From: Octopus vulgaris | Taxonomy: Eukaryota | Assembly: GCA_951406725.2 (NCBI GenBank) | Contig: OX597815.1 | Span: 14,880,001 to 14,944,000 of the forward strand | DNA length: 64,000 bases | Direction of reading: 5' to 3' | Shown: positions 12,937 to 23,705 of the stretch, one piece after another | Layout of the letters: each line of letters begins with the position of its first letter | Numbering within the stretch: position 1 is the stretch's first letter | Made by a program: the position numbers and the translations under genes | The notes under the pieces: model-generated | What the model was told of the DNA's origin: nothing | The model's database searches: none | The model's input: the letters and a program-made list of their open reading frames with translations, nothing else

Positions 12937-13720
12937 AAGGCGGCGATCTGGCAGAATTGTTAGCACGCTGAGCGATATGCTTAGCGGTATTTCGTCTGCC
13001 ATTACGTTCTGAGTTCAAATTCCGCCACGGTCGACTTTGCCTTTCATCCTTTCGGGGTCGATTAAATAAGTACCAGTTACGCAGAGGGGGCGATATAATC
13101 GACTTAATCCGTTAATTTGTCCTTGTTTGTCTTCTCTGTGTTTAGCCCCTTGTGGGTAGTAAAGAAATAGGTATTTCGTCTGTCGTTACGTTGTGAGTTC
13201 AAATTCCGCCGAGGTCGACTTTGCCTTTCATCCTTTCGGGTTCGATAAATTAAGTAGCAGTTACGCACTGGGGTGGTTGTAATCGACTTAATCCTTTTGT
13301 CTGTCCTTGTTTGTCCTCTCTGTGTTTATCCCCTTGTGGGTAATAAAAAAATAGGTATTTCGTCTGCTGCTACGTTCTGAGTTCAGATTCTTCCGAGGTC
13401 GACTTTGCCGTTCATCCTTTCGGGGTCGATTAAATAAGTACCAGTTACGCACTGGGGTCGATGTAATCGACTTAATCCGTTTGTCTCTCCTTGTTTGTCC
13501 CCTCTGTGTTTAGCCCCTTGTGGGTAGTAAAGAAATAGGTATTTCGTCTGTCTTTAACTACTAAATTCAAATTCCGAAGATGTCGACTTTGCCTTTCATC
13601 CTTTCGGGGTCGATAAATTAAGTACCAGTTACGCACTGGGGTTGATATAATCGACTTAATCCGTTTGTCTGTCCTTGTTTGTCCTCTCTGTGTTTAGCCC
13701 CTTGTGGGTAGTAAAGAAAT
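12937..13720 (+). mobile_element. SINE family C, one head plus four ~184-bp tandem body units
   Basis: Head AAGGCGGCGA.CTGGCAGAA; units start GGTATTTCGTCTG at about 12987, 13170, 13354, 13538; core GCCTTTCATCCTTTCGGGGTCGATAAA..AAGTACC resembles the Meta-SINE domain; TSD TAGGYGTATCRTTCTT. Confidence 0.88.
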
Positions 13721-14068
13721 AGGCGTATCATTCTTGTATATTTTCCAGTTGCCTTTCGCATCATCAATATCACAACTCATAATGCCACACTTTGGAATCG
13801 GCCTGGGCTTAGGTAAGTCATAGTAATTTCATACCATAATAATTTGTATTAACAAATACTAATTGTTTTACTGGCTTCCACTGGTGCATGTTTATTTCAC
13901 TTTGTCTTTCATTAGTGTGAAAATTCCAAATAAAAATGTATATATATATAAGTATAGGTACAAAAATTCAGGGTGAATACTTGATAATTGTAAGCACCTG
14001 TATATACCATTAGTGGTGTAGTTGATAGAGTATATTAATCAAAATAAAAACATGATTGAAAGGATTTA

Positions 14069-14158
14069 GCGGTACATATGTTTCGGGCCTTTATTAGACG
14101 GTTTTATAACAATGCATAATTGATGTAAATGTGTGTGTCTATGGCCTTCTTCAGCCGC
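14069..14158 (-). ncRNA. Putative type I hammerhead ribozyme
   Basis: GCGG-CUGAAGA-A-GGCC[long loop]GGCC-C-GAAA-CAUAUG-UA-CCGC; palindromic stem III ACAUAUGU; GUA cleavage triplet. Confidence 0.72.
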
Positions 14159-14498
14159 GTACAATTACTACTTCAAGGACATATATTACATTATAAGTTT
14201 TACGTTGGGGATGCAAATCCTCATAGTCGCGTACGACAGAGTGGGGTACCAACACGAAATCGAAGCGTCCATCCCGCTTTTGACTCGATGTAGAATGAGG
14301 AAGTTGAATCTTCAACCCCCCAAACCCCTTCCCTCTCTAGCTCAACATCCAAACTTCCTCATTCTACATCGAGTCAAAAGCTGGATGGACGCTTCGATTT
14401 CGTGTTGGTGCCCCACTCTGTCGTACGCGACTATGAGGATTTGCATCCCCAACATAAAACTTATAATGGAATATATGTCCTTGAAGTAGTAATTGTAC

Positions 14499-14586
14499 GC
14501 GGCTGAAGAAGGCCATAGACACACATTTACATCAATTATGCATTGTTATAAAACCATCTAATAAAGGCCCGAAACGTATGTACCGC
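14499..14586 (+). ncRNA. Putative type I hammerhead ribozyme (mirror copy)
   Basis: GCGG-CUGAAGA(14503)-A-GGCC...GGCC-C-GAAA(14571)-CGUAUG-UA-CCGC. Confidence 0.65.
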
Positions 14587-14679
14587 TAAATCCTTTCAAT
14601 CATGTTTTTATTTTGATTAATATATATATAAGTATATATATATGTATATATTTCGGAAATATAAAATTATATATAAAAA

Positions 14680-14714
<35 letters not shown>

Positions 14715-15231
14715 CTTTTAAAAGGAAAATGTCATCAGTGACTTCAAAGTTTTGGTTTGCTTGCTGTCACCATACTGTGATTTACATTCGATCTTTCCCG
14801 CTTTATGTAATCTTTGGTAGGTTATTTTTAAGGTGGAGTAATGTGAATGATAATTAGACATGGTGTTGGAAGACAATGGAATCAAGGAAGATAAGAAGAA
14901 AGTATGTTTGTAGGGTGTGAGTTGATAGTGTTATATAATCATCACAACAAACATGAACAATCAACGTCGCCCATTGTCTCCCTTGATAAAAGGACTTTCA
15001 GTTTGTTTCCCGCCAAAACAATTAACTTGTACAACAACGGCAGTCGAATAAAGTATCTCGTATCGTTAACACGTTGTTTCAGTCTCTCTCATTTTCTTAA
15101 TCTTTCATACTAAATACTCACTACTTCCTTTAATACTCAATACTATTTATATATAACAACAACAGATAGAAGTCTATAGTGAAGAGATTTATTTTCGTTT
15201 GATATAGAATTTTATCATCGTTTAGGAATCA

Positions 15232-15372
15232 GTTTTGACTATTGAAAAAGGTTGCAAACGCAACGAAAATTTTAGGAAAATAAAAATAAAAAATAAGTGG
15301 AAATTTTACCGGTGAGTGTGTTACATTATAAGGCACAAAAAGAAAATGACTCTCCCCAGACACAACAGAATA
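15232..15372 (+). mobile_element. PLE-type terminus (same family as 23332-23705), not inverted
   Basis: CTATTGAAAAAGGTTGCAAACGCAACGAAAATTTTAGG...CCCCAGACACAACAGAATAT matches 23522-23657. Confidence 0.75.
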
Positions 15373-15396
15373 TATATATATTTATATATATATATA

Positions 15397-15455
<59 letters not shown>

Positions 15456-15465
15456 CATACATGCT

Positions 15466-15523
<58 letters not shown>

Positions 15524-15524
15524 C

Positions 15525-15932
15525 TCTCTTTTACTCTTTTACTTGTTTCAGTCATTTGACTGCGGCCATGCTGGAGCACCGCCTTTAGTCGAGCAAATCG
15601 ACCCCGGGACTTATTCTTTGTAAGCCCAGTACTTATTCTATCAGTCTCTTTTGCCGAACCGCTAAGTTACGGGGACGTAAACACACCAGCATCGGTTGTC
15701 AAGCAGTGCTAGGGGGACAAACACAGACACACAAACATATACACATACACTTATATATATATACATATATACGACAGGCTTCTTTCAGTTTCCGTCTACC
15801 AAATCCACTCACAAGGCATTGGTCGACCCGGGGCTATAGCAGAAAACACTTGCCCAAGATGCCACGCAGTGGTACTGAACCCGGAACCATGTGGCTGGTT
15901 AGCAAGCTACTTACCACACAGCCACTCTTGTG

Positions 15933-15935
<3 letters not shown>
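15525..15935 (-). mobile_element. SINE family A
   Basis: Reverse-complement family match. Confidence 0.92.
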
Positions 15936-15965
<30 letters not shown>

Positions 15966-16416
15966 TTCTATCTATATAGATATGCATGTATGCACACATA
16001 TGCGCGTACATAAATGCACACATAAGTGCACAGATACACAAATACACGCACATAGGTACGTACATAAGGCATATAATCGTACATATATATACATACGCAT
16101 TATAACCTTCAATCCGATAGTTTATAAACGGCTCATGAGTCCGATACTGTAATCGTCAATTTTCATGTGACCTTTGATCTGGTTTCTGACGTAGATACTT
16201 TATCTTTGTATTTTGTTTGTTGCTTTGAGCTATGACATCATGTTTTGAAATAACTAGCTTGTAATACTTCTTTAATTAATATCAGTGATTTTGTAAAATG
16301 TTCAGTTTGAGCGAATTTTTCGTGTGATTACGGTTTGCATAATTACCAAGTATTGTTATGGAGATGCATCAGTATTTGTCTTGTTGAGAAATGGATTCAT
16401 TTCACAAATGAATATA

Positions 16417-16811
16417 CGCGCAGGAGTGGTTGTGTGGTAAGTAGCATGTTTACCAACCACATGGTTCCGGGTTCAGTCCCACTGCGTGGCACCTTGGTTA
16501 AGTGTCTTCTACTATAGCCTCGGGCCGACCAAAGCCTTGTGAGTGGATTTGGTAGACGGAAACTGAAAGAAGCCCGTCGTATATATGTATATATATATAT
16601 GTTTGTGTGTCTGTGTTTGTCCCTCTAGCATTGCTTGACAACCGATGCTGGTGTGTTTATGTCCCCGTTACTTAGCGGTTCGGCAAAAGAGACCGATAGA
16701 ATAAGTACCGGGCTTACAAAAAAATAAGTCCCGGGGTCGAGTTGCTCGATTAAAGTGCTCCAGCATGGCCGCAGTCAAATGACTGAAACAAGTAAAAGAG
16801 TAAAAGAGAGT
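16417..16811 (+). mobile_element. SINE family A
   Basis: Family match. Confidence 0.92.
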
Positions 16812-18245
16812 ATACGTCATTGATAGCGACAGTTTGGCACACAAATGTACTATTTTCTAATCATATAAAAAATTTGTAATCGTTATGAGGTCGTGGCAGC
16901 TGTGTATTGCCTATGCGTCACTGAGGAGGACAATTAATACCGAAACATGTCCAGAGTTTTCAGCATAACAACTAAAGATCATATTCCTTCCCCCTCTGAA
17001 TATTGCCATTTTCGTTTTTGTCAATTGACATTTCCAGTGTTTTCTCCTTTGCTTATTTTGAGAATAATTGTATGAATGCCCATGACTTACCTTCTCTTTA
17101 CGGCTAAAATTTCAGTTGAATAAAAAATATTTCTCATCACCCAATTGACCATGATCGCCCGCAGTTAACAATATTTTCTTCATAAAGAAGACATCCTTCG
17201 AAAATGCATCAGTGTCATTATTTTCTTTAGAACTAAATATCTGTTCTAAATATTATTTCTCCTTTATAGGAGAAATAATATTATTTCTCCTAATAATATT
17301 ATTTCTCCTAATAATATTATTTCTCCTTTATAGGTATCACTGATGCTGCTCTCATGCCTCTCCTGGCTCTATTGGTGGACAGACGACATAACGGGGTATA
17401 TGGTGGAGTTTATTCCATATCACAAATTGCTGTTTGTTTGGCCTACGCTTTAGGTAAACCTTCTCTAACTTGTTTTTAACATCACAAGTTTTGTTTCTCC
17501 GAATGAAAACAACATCAATGTATTTCACTGTCAAGGAAAGGAAAAAAAATATTGACTTTTCGGACAGTTTACTTTTCTCAGTCTTTTTATCTGACAAGCT
17601 GTCGAAAAGTCAATATTGCCTCATTTCTTTTGAGTGCTTTGCACTTTTTTGTTCGTTGTTTTTTTAAATAAGTGTGAGAGAAGTTGTATGTGAATGTGTG
17701 TGTATGTGTATAAGAAGTGAAAGGGAGAGTGACAGGATGAGAGAGAGACAGTCAGAGACAGAGATAGACAGACAGACAGACAGAGTGGAAGAGATGAAAC
17801 CAGTGATGGCGACTCGGGCTTTAACGATATCATAGCGTGTAAGTGTGACATTGACGTAACAGAATGCTGTGATATTGATATAATAAGATAGTGTGATGTT
17901 CACATAACATAATGGTATGATATTGATGGCGTAATGGAATCCAGGTGATGATAGCATGAAACTCTGAACAAAAAGATTAACATCAATTTCTCGAACAGCG
18001 GTGGTGCCCCAGCATGGCCGCGGCCTTCGGGCTAAAACATTTTAAAGGATATAAGGATGCTTTCAGTATTTTTACTCCGTTTATACGTCGAAAAGTATAA
18101 ATTCCGACAAAATAAGGAAACATGCATGATGACAGTTAAAACGGTTTTATTCAGATTGTTGTTAAGGTATATTGAGTATTTAAAATGTACATCTAATGAG
18201 ACTCTGTTTTCAGCATCAAAGATAAATATACAAAGTACATGCATG

Positions 18246-18312
<67 letters not shown>

Positions 18313-18315
<3 letters not shown>

Positions 18316-18570
18316 GTTGTCTACTTCTTATGCAGATTTTGACCACCGCCTGTACCTACACCTTAACACCATCATGGCATCTAATGTGACTTTTTAAACC
18401 AGACAATGTTCTGAAAAGACATCCACATAGATTGCACCTCCGATTTGGACCACCAAGGGCTGCAGATAAGTTCTGCTCTTTGTGGATCTTAAAATGTCTT
18501 TTGAGGTCTCCGTTGGATTTGCAAACCTTCTGGCATACACTGCATTCAAAGGTGTACACAAACATATAGG

Positions 18571-18572
<2 letters not shown>
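18313..18572 (-). mobile_element. 3' end of probable RTE-clade LINE with two C2H2 zinc fingers
   Basis: FECSVCQKVCKSNGDLKRHFKIH...CNLCGCLFRTLSGLKSHIRCH, stop, short 3'UTR, (TA)n on both sides. Confidence 0.6.
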
Positions 18573-18606
<34 letters not shown>

Positions 18607-18648
18607 AAAAAATGAAGTTTGAAAATGCTGCAATATTAGACAAATTTT

Positions 18649-18700
18649 AATTTTTAACATGTTTCGGTTCTTGAAATGACGAACCTTATCAAAAGAAATT
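18649..18700 (-). ncRNA. Putative type I hammerhead, U3-A8 core variant
   Basis: UU-UUGAUAA-GGUUC[GUCAUUUCAA]GAACC-GAAA-CAUG-UU-AAAAA. Confidence 0.55.
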
Positions 18701-20225
18701 ATATATAATAAAGGGAGTTCATGCTATATGTTTAAAGAGTATGATGTAATAGTTTATAATTGTGACATATATTCAATAGAGTCAAATATAAAAAATTCAT
18801 ATATAATAAAGGGAGTCCATGCTATATGTTTAAAGAGTATGATGTAGTAGTTCATAATTGTGACATACATTCAATAGAGTCAAATATAAAAAATTCATGT
18901 TCTTGAAGAGGCAAGGAGTTCATTTTAGATTTTACCTTGTGTTCCAATGGGAGCAACAGTAATGATTTTTGGTCGGTGTCTGTTCGCATAATTTTGGTGA
19001 ATTTTGTGATTGTTGGGTTTATATCAGCTCAGCTAGGCTGTGGTCACTTGCACTTTTCACTGACGTCATATAGTTCCAAACCAATCAAAACCCAGTCTCA
19101 ACGAATATAGTGAAAAGACTCCTAAAGGAAACCAACCAAGCGGAGCGACAGTTTGGCCACGGAAGAAATACGTCATCATTTTTTTGACGAACCGAAATTA
19201 GATCTGACCCATGACTGTATTCTGTTAGGTGGCTAGTCCAGCAGAACGAGACGTCATCAATATTTTGACCAATCATCCTGTTAGGTGGCTAGTCCAGCAG
19301 AACGAGACGTCATCAATGTTTTGACCAATCAGAATCGGGTCTGACCCATAGCTGTATCGTGTGGGGAAACCGACCAAGCAGGGTGACAATAGCTTGACCA
19401 CTGAGGTAATACGTCATCAGTTTTTTGACGAATCAGGATTAGATCTGCTCGTTGAGAAAGAGATCTTTTTATAAATTTTTCCTTCCCGTCAGCGTGAGTG
19501 ACTGTTTAAGGATCTGAGAAATTGTAATTCGCCCCACCTCCATTATTATAGTTCTCTCACTGTGGCTGTAGCAGCTATGGGTTAGACCCGATTCTGATTG
19601 GTCAAAACATTGATGACGTCTCGTTCTGCTGGACTAGCCACCTAACAGGATGATTGGTCAAAACATTGATGACGTCTCGTTCTGCTGGACTAGCCACCTA
19701 ATAGAATACAGTCATGGGTCAGATCTAATTTCGGTTCGTCAAAAAAATGATGACGTATTTCTTCCGTGGCCAAACTGTCGCTCCGCTTGGTTGGTTTCCT
19801 TTAGAGTCTTTTCACTATATTCGTTGAGACTGGGTTTTGATTGGTTTGGAACTATATGACGTCAGTGAAAAGTGCAAGTGACCACAGCCTAGCTGAGCTG
19901 ATATAAACCCAACAATCACAAAATTCACCAAAATTATGCGAACAGACACCGACCAAAAATCATTACTGTTGCTCCCATTGGAACACAAGGTAAAATCTAA
20001 AATGAACTCCTTGCTTCTTCAAGAACATGAATTTTTTATATTTGACTCTATTGAATGTATGTCACAATTATGAACTACTACATCATACTCTTTAAACATA
20101 TAGCATGGACTCCCTTTATTATATATGAATTTTTTATATTTGACTCTATTGAATATATGTCACAATTATGAACTATTACATCATACTCTTTAAACATATA
20201 GCATGAACTCCCTTTATTATATATA

Positions 20226-20276
20226 ATTTTTTTTGATAAGGTTCGTCATTTCAAGAACCGAAACATGTTAAAAATT
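20226..20276 (+). ncRNA. Putative type I hammerhead, U3-A8 core variant
   Basis: UUUUU-UUGAUAA(20233-20239)-GGUUC/GAACC-GAAA(20260)-CAUG-UU-AAAAA; palindromic stem III ACAUGU. Confidence 0.6.
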
Positions 20277-20349
20277 AAAATTTGTCTAATATTGCAGCAT
20301 TTTCAAACTTCATTTTTTACAAATATATACCCACTCGTATACGAGCTAA

Positions 20350-21610
20350 TCTTATTATATATATATATATATATATAGCGAGGCTATGAGAGGTATTGGT
20401 ATCTAGAAGACTCAAAGACTGGCAAGTAGCGCTAAATAAGTGCTGCGTGTGTGTGTGTGTGTTTGTTTCCTCTATGCACAGCCAAACTGCTGGATCAATC
20501 TGTAACAAATTTGGCATGAAGGTTTATCATTACTCGGGGAAGATTCTAGTGAGGTCAAATGTTGGCCCTTGCTCATATAGGCTGTAGCCTTCCGACCCAC
20601 ACGACCCTTCCGATTTTTTATCAGCGGCACAGTAGTTTCACTTTTATTCCTTCACTTTGACTTCCGATTTGTTTTTCCAGCAGCTTAATATTGTTTCACT
20701 TTTATTCTTTCACATTTGATAAGACTATAATAATACTACATACATACAACTGCTTACAAAAATAGAGATTAATGTATATTTTTTTTCTATGTTCAAAATT
20801 GTTTGCTTATGCCACCAAAGAAAAGATGCAATCTCTCCAGAAACAATTATAAAGCAAGGAAGATTGTAGAAAATCATAGACGAGAGTCTCAAGAGAGATA
20901 GGAAATGAGACTTTCCCAAGATCAGCAAAGACATACTGTAGCATGTCAAATGGAGTCTCAAGAGAGAAGGCAGATGAGACTTTCTTAAGATCAGCAAATG
21001 CATGTTGCAGCACATCAAAAAAAGAGTTTCAAGACAGAAGTGAGATGACACTTTCTCAAGATCAGCAAAGACATTCTGCAACACGTCAGATGGAGTCTCA
21101 ATATAGAAGGGAGAGGAGACTTTCCCAAGATCAGCAAATGCATGTTGCAGTATGTTTTGGAGTCTTAAGACAAGCGAGATGACACCTTCTCAAGATCAGC
21201 AAACGCAAGCTGTAACACATCAGATGGAGTCTCAATACAGAAAGGAGATTAAACTCTCCCAAAATTTCCAAATGAAACTAATGGCATGCGCTGCTCAGAT
21301 GGTAAGGTAAGATTGCCAGCACTACCAACTCCTCCTCAACATTTTATAGATCTTCTGGAAGGCACTTCCATCCAGTCAAAGGATTTTCTGAACACTATCA
21401 GACAATACAACTCTGTATTTCGAACGACATCGTTTGGTGCATCTAAGGCGATAGGTGAACATGGATTTACGCCAACGTCTAAAGTTCAAGGTCAAGTCTA
21501 TCACCTCATTGGTTCCCTGTAACCCACAATAGAACAATTGAACTTCCTCCAAATTTGCTTCGCGAGTGATGTAAGACAACAAACCCAAAGGAGGTGTCAA
21601 AACGTCAGAC
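20350..21610 (+). mobile_element. Helitron 5' fragment (TC start, 23-aa repeats, RepHel N-terminal region)
   Basis: A|TCTTATTATATA start; CSDGKVRLP..PP...FLNTIRQYNSVF..TSFGA...KVQGQVYHLIGSL is characteristic of Helitron RepHel; disrupted. Confidence 0.88.
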
Positions 21611-21912
21611 GATGGGTTGTGTTAGACGCAGCACCGACTGCCGCAAAGGAGAGTATATCCACTGACATCTTTTCGGCGAGTTAAAAAATCACATAACCCC
21701 CACCCCCAATTTCCATGACTGGTTAGGGCCTGAAATACTCCAAACAGAGACATGACGTGTCGCTTAGTAGAATTAGCCCATCATTTACTCTACAAATGTT
21801 TTGTTGTCAATGTTGCACTTGCCCGTATCACCTGTTTCAACACAACTGTAATATATATACAAATTATGCCACTTTAATCCCAAGTATCTCTGGGTATCTC
21901 TGCTAGTGTGTG

Positions 21913-21962
<50 letters not shown>

Positions 21963-21967
<5 letters not shown>

Positions 21968-22172
21968 ATCCAAACATGAAAACACAAAGAGAAAACACAA
22001 CAACGCGAGGACGTGGAACAAATATAGTATTATTGGACGCTCAAGAAGGAAGGGAACAAGGAGGGTTTAACGTTTCGAGCGGAGCTCTTCGTCGGAAACA
22101 TAGAAGAAAGATCCAGAGAAGGGAAGACAGAGGGAAAAAAATCGCCAACTGTACACACGCGGTCACAAATTA
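21963..22172 (-). mobile_element. PLE-type 3' terminus with hammerhead-shaped motif (22065-22099)
   Basis: Minus: GUUU-CCGACGA-A-GAGC[UCC]GCUC-GAAA-CG-UU-AAAC; ends in (TA)n. Confidence 0.62.
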
Positions 22173-23331
22173 GCACTTTCATACTTAGTATAATAATCAA
22201 ATTCAATGATTACACTATGTATGAAAGCGCTAATTTAACTTTATGGACATTAGAAAATATTTTTATGATGTTAAAATACCATAATGGAAAACGTGAAAAC
22301 CAGACCATGTTTTCACTTTATTCAACTGATGTATTATTCTATACACATTCACACAAATTAGAAACGAAATACACTCATTCACGCGCCCACACACACACAC
22401 ACCCACACCCACACACACACACACGTATGTATGTAATGGTATATTTTTATATATTTGTAGGTCCATCTATTTCCGGCCATGTAGTGAAATCATATGGATT
22501 TGTTACGTAAGTCAATGTTTATATAATTCTCATGTTACTGTAGTATTTGATTACTAATTCGTAAGCTGCAAGAGCAACACAAACTAGTCTGGATATTTGT
22601 GATGAAAATAATCTTCAATTTAAGGATATGCCTGAGAGAAACAGGCAGGACATTCTGTCGATATGGAGATCTAAGGGTGATGGGTTGGCATAATCGGTAG
22701 GGCACAGGGCAAAATGCTATGCACCATTTAGTTGTGACTATTTATGTCGAGGGTCTAAATCTTGTCGAGGCCAACTTTGCTTTTAATCCTTCCGGTGTTT
22801 TACATCACCCAATTTCTTTTTCTTTTGTGGATATAGTTCATTAGCTGAACCCCAGCTGATAAATAGAATGTTTCGGATGCTACTGAGGTTCATATAATAC
22901 CTGACCGCTGTGGTCTAATCTAATATCAGCAAAGGGGAAATTGTTATGGTCTTGTCCAGTTATGGACAAACTGCGACCCGCGGGACTTTCGGGTGGCACG
23001 CCAAACGAATACTAACCTTGAAATTTTTTAGTAATGCGTTCCGCTTCTCAAAAAAGTTTGCCTATTAATTAAAACTTCGGTTTTCATTCCTTATCTTTGT
23101 TTTATTAGTCATTATAGATAAGTATTATCCTCATTACTATATATTTAATTTTAATTGATTAACATTTCTTGGCTTACATCAAGAGTGCAAGCATCATTTA
23201 CTATTAACAGCAATTGGTAGGATTCAGTCAGGACCAGGTTCCATCAAAGAGGGAAATCTAGATCTACATCGGCATACTTTGATGCAGGGTTACCAGATTA
23301 TGTAGCTTTTCAAGACTACACACCAATTTTT

Positions 23332-23705
23332 TGTTGTGTCTGGGGAGAGTTATTTTCTTTTTGTGCCTTATAACGTAACACACTCACCGGTAAACTTTCC
23401 ACTTTTTACCTTATTTTTATTTTCTTAAAATTTTCGTTGCGTCTTGCAACCTTTTTCAATAGTTTTGACTCAAACTATTGAAAAAGGTTGCAAGATGCAA
23501 CGAAAATAGTTTTGACTCAAACTATTGAAAAAGGTTGCAAGATGCAACGAAAATTTTAGGAAAATAAAAATAAGAAAAAAGTGGAAATTTTACCGGTGAG
23601 TGTTTTACATTATAAGACACAAAAAGAAAATTACTCTCCCCAGACACAACAGAATATGCTTCAACACACGAACTCACATAAAGAATCTTGCAAACCAAAA
23701 ACGAA
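23332..23705 (+). mobile_element. Fold-back PLE-type insertion with hammerhead-like motifs
   Basis: Arms 23332-23465 and 23472-23651 (with a 47-bp duplication); tail 23652-23705; TSD ACACCARTTTTT at 23320-23331 and 23706-23717. Confidence 0.82.

Larger units (their letters stand above)
13957..14620 (-). mobile_element. Fold-back PLE-type insertion with two hammerheads
   Basis: Arms 14031-14305 and 14352-14624 (near-identical ORFs on opposite strands); tail 13957-14030; candidate TSD TATATATATAAGTATA at 13941-13956 and 14621-14636. Confidence 0.85.
18597..20328. mobile_element. 1.7-kb fold-back element (about 755-bp arms) with terminal hammerhead motifs
   Basis: 18597-19354 is a near-perfect reverse complement of 19574-20328; spacer about 220 bp; internal ~100-bp and 57-bp duplications mirrored in both arms. 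Confidence 0.9.

Noticed and set aside
12937-13720. CRISPR-like or satellite array
   Set aside because: Units are ~184-bp SINE bodies without unique spacers; eukaryotic context with no cas genes
14133-14524. Duplicated protein-coding genes on opposite strands (also 12382-12629 and 19085-19859)
   Set aside because: Mirror ORFs are by-products of the inverted repeats, with no domain signature
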